Positions 1 to 10,400 of a stretch of DNA of 64,000 nucleotides are shown here, piece after piece. The notes under the pieces are model-generated. The model searched no databases. It had not been told where the DNA came from and saw only the letters and a list, made by a program, of their open reading frames with translations. The stretch is from Tubiluchus corallicola (taxonomy: Eukaryota; Animalia; Priapulida): contig JAQGDQ010000592.1 of the NCBI GenBank assembly GCA_030141605.1, positions 62,001 to 126,000 on the forward strand, written 5' to 3'. Position 1 is the stretch's first letter; every line of letters begins with the position of its first letter. The position numbers and the translations under genes are program-made.

Positions 1-1258
1 TAATGAATGACTTAGTAAGTAAACAAAATAGCTTGTTGGTAGCAGAATGAGGCAGGCCTTCCTTTTGGACAATCTGTAACATTCTTAGCCGGTTGCCTTA
101 TTTCAGTTATGCTTGGTCATGCTGATCCATGATCAGTACTGTGGTTTCATAACAGATAAACTTAATTACATACAGAAACGACACTAATGCGTTTCAGCAA
201 AATGCGACGTTAAGCCAAACGTGATTAGAGAAGCCTAGACTTCCATAGAAAGTAATGTAAACGAACTGAGATACATTCCTGAGATAAAAATCAGTGCTGC
301 TTAAATCATATAAGTTTAAATATTTTATGGGTTTCATTCATATTTCTACTAATCTATTTTTTGTTTGCTTGAAACTACCTATCTGTCTTACCAATAACTA
401 GCTAGAGGTTTCCTTTCGTTAGTGCAGAGTCAAAGCCAAGCCCTGGGGTGACCTCTGGAATTTTATCTAGATACAGTGTACAGCTACAGTCTGGATGCTA
501 TATCAACAGGTTGCAGGCAAAATTTGTTGGCGTAAATGATAAAGTTTGCTCCCAGGCCTCGCTTGATACAAAAGGCTTTGATTTAGTACGTTAGTCAGTC
601 AGGAAACAAAAGTTTATAATAATTGCACTAGTACAGTAAATTTAATATTATTCCAGTAATTTAATTAAATGAAAGGAAATTGCTTACAAATTTCATTTTG
701 CCTTTTTCATGCCCTAGCTACTCATCATTAAATTACTGAGACCAGTCTTACCAACTATAAGATACTGAAAACTCCAGAGTCACTGGACAAAAAATCCCAA
801 TATTTTGATATACATTCGGTGTACTACTTTTTGGTGTAGGAGCTGCTAAAGACGAGTAGCTTTAATATAAATTATGAACTCTCTTCATGCTTTATGATAA
901 AGCAACTATATGGCAAGACTAACAAATTTATACAATGTTTAATATATCTGGTTACACAGGGTTATTGAATGTATGCAGTGTTAATACATCAGGGTCACAT
1001 AGTTATAGGTATCTAGCGATTCAGTTATTAGATCTACAAGAAAGAAAAGTGTTAAAAGTGTGCTAAGAGCTGCCCTTGAAAATTTCAGTGGTAGCTCCCC
1101 TGGATATTTCAAAGGATAATTACTGAGATATTGTTTGTTTTAAATTTGACAAACTTTTATACGTCTTTTAATCTGTTGTTTTGCTAAGGTTAAGATATTT
1201 ATTATATTAAGTCTATTACTTATTCAAATGCCAATGCCTTAAGTATTTTATTTTTTAG

Positions 1259-1443
1259 GCAATGTAGTATGGACCTAGCAACAACGAAACTGCTCAGTAT
1301 ACATCTAGAATGCCTCCTACCTCCAACGAGTACAGAACTTGATATTCCTCATATCATTCAAGTTGCTGCTGTTATTGGTATAGGTTTAGTTTATCAAGGA
1401 ACTGCTCATCGACATATGGCTGAAGTTTTACTTGGTGAAATTG
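1259..1443 (+). CDS. ANAPC1: ANAPC1 exon (MDLATTKLLSIH...VLLGEI)
   Basis: ttttttag acceptor 1257-1258, GT donor 1444; PC-repeat region sequence. Confidence 0.93.
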
Positions 1444-4400
1444 GTATATTTTTAACTTTCCAGTTATATTATTAATTTAATAATTAATTATAACCAGGAA
1501 TTTGATAGAACAGGCTAATAAGCAAAAATATAAAACTTAGCTAGCACAAGTGATGATTATTTGGCCGTTTTCCAAATTTTATGTTGCCGTTTTTGTGAAT
1601 CATCCTAAAAAAATGTGTCCTTAAAATGTTGTAACTTGTTATTTCTGGAAAAGCTATAAACAGATTTATCCTAATTAATGCAACCTTTTTTAACTAGTAT
1701 TGTGCTGGATTCAGTATATCATCTTTGCTTCTGTACAGAGACATCACTTCCACAAAATTACCCATCATTTCCTGATATGCTGACACAGCATAGCACTGTT
1801 AAACTCAGGTTTCAGAATAAGTAATTGTGCTCAAGCATGAAACTAAAGTCCAGTTGTATCTGCATTATAAATGTGATTGACTGAATATCTTGTAATAGCT
1901 TTTGACCATTATTCTTCTGTCCAGCTTTTACCATCCTTTTCCTCACCATGGATTTGTTTTTACACGGTGTTTTCAAACTTTCTCCATTGATTCTTCATCT
2001 TTCCCATTTTCTGTGCATCATCTCTTAGATACTGGATTCTCATTTTGGCTTGCTTGCCACAATTACTTTCACCTGTCTGCTGCACATCTCTGTCCTTATG
2101 CTTATACTCCATTTTTCAAAATTAAGTCTGCACTCTTAATTGCTCTATGCTGTTTATGCTTGTAAAATCGCAAGAAATAGTGGCAGATTACAGCTGCTAC
2201 ATCATTGACATAATAACAAGTATTAATTGATTCGGTATCCTGTGAAATGCACCAAGAGCATCTAAAGTAAATTGCTGGACAAATGATTAAATGTTTAGCT
2301 TTGATGAGTTTTTGGATAGTGAGATTAATAACACTGAATGAGCAGATGGCACATTCAAAGCAAAAGTGTTACGTTAACATATTAGCAAATGATAATTGTA
2401 TCTGCTTACAAACAAAATGGTACTTAACATGATTGTATCTACTTATAAAGTGTACAAAACAGTGCAAAAATGAAGTAAAGATGCTGTAAAAGTCATAAAA
2501 GCTCTTTGGTCATAGACAAATGTCTTATTTTAAGTACAGGAAGAAAAAATATTGAGTCAATTATGTAGAGTTACTTGAGTCAATTGCCGATAGTTTTAGA
2601 TACATTTGAATAGCAAAGGCCAATGTACAAGAGTAATTAGCTGATTGATTCTATTAACTGTGAGTCTAATAAACATCATCCATTGTAGTTACCTATTGTT
2701 ATGTTGACTGCATACACAAAAGAATAAGTAAGATGCAAGTTTTGTGAGATCTTAAATTTTGCGTTTTGTATAAGAGTGATGAGTTCTTCTTTGCAGGGCG
2801 CCCACCAGGGCCAGAGATGGAGAACTGTTCAGATCGTGAATCGTATTCCCTTGCTGCAGGATTAGCTTTGGGAATGGTCACATTTGGAAAGGGCAGTCAA
2901 ATGGCTGGTCTCTCTGATTTGAATCTAGCCGATCACCTTTATCATTATGTAGTTGGGGGTTATAAAAGACCACAAGTTGGACCAACTAAAGAAAAGTACA
3001 AGTCACCAAGTTATCAGATTAAGGAAGGCGATTATGTCAATGTTGACGTGACAGCTCCAGGAGCCACGCTGGCACTCGGCATGATGTTTTTCCGGACAGG
3101 AAATCGGGATGTAGTCGAATGGATGACAGCTCCAGATACACAGTTTCTGTTAGATTATATTTGTCCAGATTTTCTCCTTTTGAGGACAGTTAGCAAAGGT
3201 TTGATATTGTGGGATGAGGTTCATCCATCGGTGGCTTGGGTAGAGAGCAACCTGCCATCGATTGTGAAGAAATATGCATTTAATCGTCACGTGTATCTTA
3301 CGGATCCCGATTGTGACATAGACTTTAGTACAATGAGTCAGGCATATTGCAATATTGTTGCTGGAGCTTGCATGGTGCTTGGACTCAAATTTGCAGGATC
3401 TGCTAATAAAGAAGCTTTTGAATGTTTGTATAAATTTGCACTGAAATCTATCAAAATCAACTCTAAATACATTGCCGAGCAAGCTGGCAGAAGCACTATA
3501 GAGACCTGTATGAATGTCATTGTTCTCTCATTGGCTATGGTAAATACTAGATTACTACCTGAATTAAAAAACGTTACTTGAGGAAACCACCTTTTTTCTT
3601 TTTTGGTATCTGGAAGTTTATTGGACGTAACATACATACATACGTTTTTTAAGGTCCAGTAAAAATATTTTAATTTTGACTAAAATAATTAATAGCATCT
3701 GTATCTTAACACAGAATATACAAAAAATGATGCAGGAGATAAATTTATTTTATATAAATTTGTAGTAAACTGCATTGAAAGTTTTAGCCTTTTAACAACC
3801 TGTAGTTTTGCTTTTAAAAACAGATTAAAAACAGAAGTAGATTTGACTTATTTTGAAGAACATTTGGTGTAATCTTTAAGTAGTATTGACATAACATGAA
3901 GTAGAAGTGAATTACTTTAATACTAAGAGAATGAATGGGTCATTGGTTGTTCTTTATTCAAATACAAATATCTTCGCACCCGTTATGGGATCCCTCGTTA
4001 GTGTTATGAAATGCAACTGTAATTTAGAACTTTTTAAGAGTCTGAATTTAAATTTTAAATTCCAAGTTATAAATTACAGTTTGCATTAAATACTGTGACG
4101 AAAGCTCTCGTGGATGCTGAAATATTTGTATTTGAATAAAACCCGTCCTTTGACCTATTCATATCTGCTTAGTATTTCATAGAAAATGGATGTCAAATCA
4201 TTCAAAGACAGATTACTTTAATATGAAGTACTTGCAACTTGGTTATTATCTGAATAAAGAATCTGCAAAATATAATTGTTAATTGCTTTTTTCAGGTCAT
4301 GGCAGGTACGGGAAACCTTGCTGTATTACGTATTTGCAGACATTTACATAGACGGATTGGACAAGCATATGGTTATGTACTCTATGGCTCTCATATGGCT

Positions 4401-7400
4401 GTTCATATGGCTCTAGGTCTGCTCTTCTTAGGTGCTGGAAAGTAAGCTTTCAATTAATATATATCTAGCACATGTGATATAGGTGCATGCAAGATGTGTA
4501 CGTGTGTTCATGCATCCAGCCCACATATATGTAAACAATTGGGTATTGACCTACATCCTAAATGCACAAAAGTGAGTTAAATTGAATTTCCTAGTACCCA
4601 GCAATCATTGAATAGTGGAGACTAATTTGTGTGTCATTACAAATTTTTGCTGTCTATTCCAGATTTACACTCGGTACCTCAGACACAGCAATAGCAGCCA
4701 TGCTTTGCGCATTCTTTCCTAAATTTCCTAGTCATAGCAATGATAACAGGTTTGTATAATTTAAGTTTTACCAAATTAATTTCTTGTTTAAATGGTAAAA
4801 ATGTCTGCAATACAATTCCTAGTAGTCTAATTATATGTATTGTAATAACTGTAATCATTGTGCACTTGTAGGCTTCTACAAATATTCGTTTGTACTTGTT
4901 ACGACATGTTTTATGTGTTTGGGGCTTCATGTATTGGAAAAATGTATTTGGGCTGCTTGCACTACTATTTTGCATTTAATGTTGCAAACTAAAAAGACTC
5001 CTCTGCTTATCTTATCTGTGAGCAACTCAATGCGTTGTGGTATTTTGGCACATTACGTCTTGGGCCATTTTTTCTCGTTCATAAAAACCATTTTAGAACC
5101 AGATATTTTGTATATGTCGGTTATTATTGTATCAATGTCTGTTAACTTTTGTAGCTAAAACATTTATTTGTACAGTGTGTTTGTGTATCGTTCATGTAGT
5201 TGTTCTTAATTTAATTTCAGATATCATCTGCAAGCATTACGTCATCTTTACGTATTGGCCGTGGAACCTCGCCTGGTTTTGCCAAGAGATGTGGATACAT
5301 CAAAAGCTTGTTTTGCACATATATTCATCAAATTCAAGGTAAGTTCCAGTCTTTGCATTTTGACCTCAGTTATTAACATCAGTATCAGTAACTTATCACA
5401 GATTTTTTCATCTTTGCTTATTTCTTCCTATAGAAACTTCATATTATCTTCTATTTGCCCTTAAGCATGATTTTCTTTGGCATTAAGATTTAAGTAAATA
5501 TGTTTGAATTCATTGTCATAAGTTCAGCTATTGTTGAGGTGGTGAAAGCTTCAGCATTTTAAGTTACAAAAATTACATTTAATGTTACATTGGAATTGTT
5601 ACAAAATTCTTGTTTAGGACACAGAGTTTTACAAAGATGAGAAGTATCTGTGCACAGCTCCATGTATACTGCCAGGATTGCATTTATTGAAAGAGGTATG
5701 TGTTGTATAAGCATTCCGATATAATACCAGTACATTTGTGTGCACGTTTCTTGATAGTGCATTAGCATTTGCGCATTAACTAGTCATACAACTCAACTGA
5801 TTCTATTGATATTTGGCGTAAAGCTAGGAAAAACTGAGATTAATGTCAGACTTGGCCACAAAATGTTATGCTAGGAATAGAGGTATTCTCCATTTGTTGG
5901 TTAAATGTTAGTGTTAATTAGAAATGCAAATGGAAATTGGTGTTTGAGACCATATTAATTGTCTGGTAAATATACCCTTTTTTATTTTAAATTGTCATTG
6001 CATAACACAAACAGTACTAGCTATTTCAGTTAGTTCATACGTAAATTTAGTCAGATTGTGTGTTAGCAAATTTTTATTTTTCTAAGATGCTTCTCTACTA
6101 CATGCTTCTTTCATATGTTAAATGTCTGTAAATTCATGTTTTGCAGTTGTCAGTCAAGGATGACAGGTATTGGAATGTGACATTTGCACAAGATTCCAAC
6201 TGGAATAGTTTAAAGTAAATTTATTTACCGTCAGTTGTAAAAATTGCATTAATATTATATTAACTTTAACAGATAGCTAACTGTACATAATAAATCTATA
6301 ATGTTCTTTTAGGAGTTACCAACGACATTCAGTTTTTAATATAATTTTCAAAGTATAGTCTCATTTAATCTGTGTATAAGTATAACAGGTATCTGTGTAA
6401 TTGCCATTTGGGAGGCGTCGGGTGATGCGGGACTCTGATATGCTTGTTTAGTAGTACAAGTTATATGCCTTCTACTCTGTTTGAATTTCCTCTACAGAAT
6501 GGAAATTACGTTTACTGGATTTAATTTCGTCTTAACGAAATACAAAAGTAAATCCAATATGAACACTTATTTACCCCAGAGAACTGAAAAAAGAGCTATC
6601 ACGAGCTGCATGTTTTGATTAACATGAATGTGTTTGACATTTAGTAACTATAATATGTTTGTTACTGTAGAAACTTGCATAGTACTGTTTTCCACTGAAA
6701 TTAGAATGTTTCCATTCCTGTGAAGGTAAGAAAATTATTTAATGTCCTGTATTTCAGAAATGCTTTAACTAAAGATGGTTCACTGTTTGTCAAGCAAAAA
6801 GCTGGGCAGTTATCGTATGAAGAAGATCCAAAGGTGATGAAATGTTGTTTTCTGACATAACTTACCTGTTTTAATAATTTGAATCAATTATAAAATGCGT
6901 ACTTTGGCATGCGTTTATGTAAAAACACATTATATTTTTAGGCTTATAGTGAAATTCTATTTGTGAATATTTTATAAATTTTTTCTCAAGGGTTATCGTA
7001 CATTGCTGGCACAAAGTTTAACCAGTGAAATTTCGAGTGGATGGCTGATGAAGGTAATCTTAGCATATGCTTTAGAGTGTTTGGTGCATATATTTTATAA
7101 CTGTAAATGCAGTAACCTTGTTTGATGATTCATACTCAATTATGATACAGTGTATTTGCACTGCATACAAGATGAATCCAAGATCATTAGGCTATAAGTA
7201 TTCCATAAGCCCAAGTGTACATAATTGGTGTTTGATTGGATATAATAGATGTTATTAGCAAATGAACCAATTTTTAGGATATTAATAATATCCATGGGAA
7301 TTCTTTATGAATCATTTATTGTTTATATTTGTCCACAAGCATTGCTGAATCCAAGAGAACTCTATGCTCATTTCGTTACATTAGATATCAAGTTTTCTTG

Positions 7401-10400
7401 TACATCAACTTTGTTGACTCAGAAATGCAGATGGCTAGGGTCAAGAAACTTGCATGGTAGGCACTTTGGGTAGGGGCAGAACAGTGGCCATGGCCAAATA
7501 GTCAAGGATAAGTTTTAATTTAATTTTATTCATAATGTTGAATAAGCTATAGTATTCAATGTCACAAAATTTGTTAGACAGACACCCAGGGTAGGAGCTT
7601 GGATTGTGGTGCAATAAAAAGAGAATTATCTAAGAGCATGAGTTAGGTGCCAAGAAGAGAAAATTAATGCAAACTGCTTAATCACACATGAGTAAACTGC
7701 ATTGCACTAAGCATATAGTCAAGTGATGGTTAGTCATGAAGACCATGCTGCCCATGTATACAGGATAGTCATATATGAGCATAATAATCTACAGTTTTTG
7801 ACATGAGTATACTCACAGGTTTGGGCTGTCGGTTATTCAGTCTTAATTATTTATTCTTCATTTCATATATCTTATTTACCATTCATAGGCAGCTGATATA
7901 AAGTGTTTATGCTCAGATGTACAACTGCTCACATTTGCAGAATTCTTTTGCACAGATAGTGACAAAGCTTCACAGGTAATGGCTCACATTTATAAATGCT
8001 ATTGTTAGCTTTTTGGTAAGTAGTATAAATTTAAACTATGCTTTATAATTGTAACATAGTGTTTCTCCTCATTTGTTCTGACTATCAATTTTTTTGTGTA
8101 ATTGCAACTAATATGCATGGAACTGGGCATCTGTTCTACATTGAAGGCTCAAGGACAGGGCCCGGGCATAAGTTTATATAACAAGAATTTTGCTTCATTG
8201 CCTTTCAGCATTGTCTAGAAAAAGATACTCAGCAGATTGCACTGGCTTTCTTGCACGAGTGTGCCACTCATGAGAAAACGGATGTTCTGTGTCTACTGCT
8301 TGCATCAAGCATGGTATGTATAGATAAGTGGTAATGGCAATAAGTCTACAAATTTTCTGAAAATTACAATAGACCTCATTGATAATTTGACATTTTATTT
8401 TCCCACTGTCAAGTATTTAAAATAAACAACAAGTATTTGATTGAGTACATCATATACAGAAGCCCTGTAAAAATCTGTCATTTCCTCAACAGGCTGCTCA
8501 AAGGATTCACGAGCAGGAGACAACAATGTTGGATATATGGCAGTTAAAATTGCTTTTGGCACTGCAACAAGCAAATTGTGATGAGGAGTTACTGGTAACT
8601 GAGTGCAAAGATTGGTTGGCAAGCATCATCCAAAGTAACTTGGCTTCCCATTTGAGTAAGTTATACTTGGCGATTAAAATTTTGAGAAGCTTTGATAGTA
8701 CTATAATTGATTTCGATACACTGATGCTTTCCAGTGTTTGCATGATGATAGTCTTAGCTTAATGTTAGTACTAAATCACTACTCTCATTCTTTTCTGATT
8801 CACTTCAAAATTCCAACACAGTTCTACCCTATTTTGTTATTGCATTCTTGTTTACAGTGTTAAAATGTTTATACTATTATTCTCAATGTTAAGGATGCTT
8901 CTTGTATTTCATTTAATAATGTTCATAATGGATGATTAGCCTATGAGTAAGATTAGAGAGCTCTTGCAAGAGTTTACTAAACAAACAAGAGCGACTTTGT
9001 TCCTGTACTGGTTTAGAAATACAAGTGATCAAAATGGCTTGCTAGTCAAATCTTTCTGCTATATGTTATGCTTACTCGTTGAGCTCGCTAACCTAAGCAA
9101 GGCCAGGGATATTCTACTTTGAAAACATGGGATGTACTGTAACAATGTTTTTGAACAAGTTTTCTTTTGAAATATGAGAGAGAGCTGTCCTGACACTTAA
9201 CATCATTAAACATCATTAACATCATTAAAAGTAATGCCCTTTATAGTCTCAAAGATTATAATATTTATTCAGTAGCTTTCGCCCTAGGGGGCCTCATCAG
9301 CTAAAAATAACAAGTAAAATATTAAAACATTATGTACCAATGTAAGAACATTAACTTCAAAACTGTAGCTAAACAACATAGCTAGCCATGTTGTTAGAAC
9401 GATACTTCTCTCTCACAGACATTCCAAAGTGGACACATGAGCATGTGAAAACAAAGTACCCTTCCTTGTTCGAAAAAAGCTTAAAGCCGTTTTTGATAAA
9501 ATGGAAAAGGCAGGGGATCATAGCTCCTGTCACAGAACCTACTGAGTGGGTATCAAGTATGATTGCCGCAAAAAAGAAAAGTGATGACGAACTTAGAATA
9601 TGCGTAGATCCCTAAGGTCTTAACAAAGCTGTATTAAAACTATATCATCCAATGCGCACAATCAAAGAAATTGTAGCAGATATGCCTGATGTGAAGGCGT
9701 TTTCAGTACTAGATGCAGAGAGTGCTTTCAGGCAGATAAAACTAACAGAAGAATCATCTTACTACACAACTATGAGTACACCATTTGGCATATATAAATT
9801 CTTAGTGGTCCTATGCGGTACAAGCCCATATTCGAAGTTTTCCAGGCTACCCATGTGAAATTGTGATAGATGATATTCTTGTGTGGGGCAAAGATGAGGA
9901 AACTCATAGTGCCAACCTGAAACGAACAGACTTGACAGAGCTCAGGAAATTTGATCTAAAATTAAGTTTGATTGACATGAGTAAGATTGCTGTTGACAAC
10001 GTACAGTACTTCGGTTTTGTGCATCGTAAAGACAGATTGCATCAAGATGAGCAGAAGATAAAGGCTATCATTGATAGCCAGAGCCAACTCATTCTAAAGC
10101 TTTGCAAAGATTTCTTGGCATGATCGGCTATTTGGCTAAATTCTTTAAAAGCCATGGTCATATAACAGCTTCACTACATGAATTATTTCACAGATTAACA
10201 GATGTGCACAAAAAGGCCATGAAGACGATGAAGATCCTCAATGCTATGAAGTCATGAGTGTTCTTCCAGTCTCTAGAAAACCGTAAACTACATCAGCAAA
10301 TGTGGTACGATAAAAATGCCAGGCCACTGCAACCTCTTAAGGAATACGATGTAGTAAGACTACAAACTGACAAAGGATTTAATACAATGGGAATAGTGAA

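Noticed and set aside
3150-3637. Minus-strand ORFs over the large ANAPC1 exon (likewise + strand ORFs 16073-16324, 41177-41503, 46340-46621 over DUOXA exons)
   Set aside because: Antisense shadows of real coding exons.
6671-6725. Possible extra ANAPC1 cassette exon (ctgtag...AAG|GTAAG)
   Set aside because: 55 nt would shift the frame and leave only a 32-nt downstream intron; the flanking exons already join in frame.
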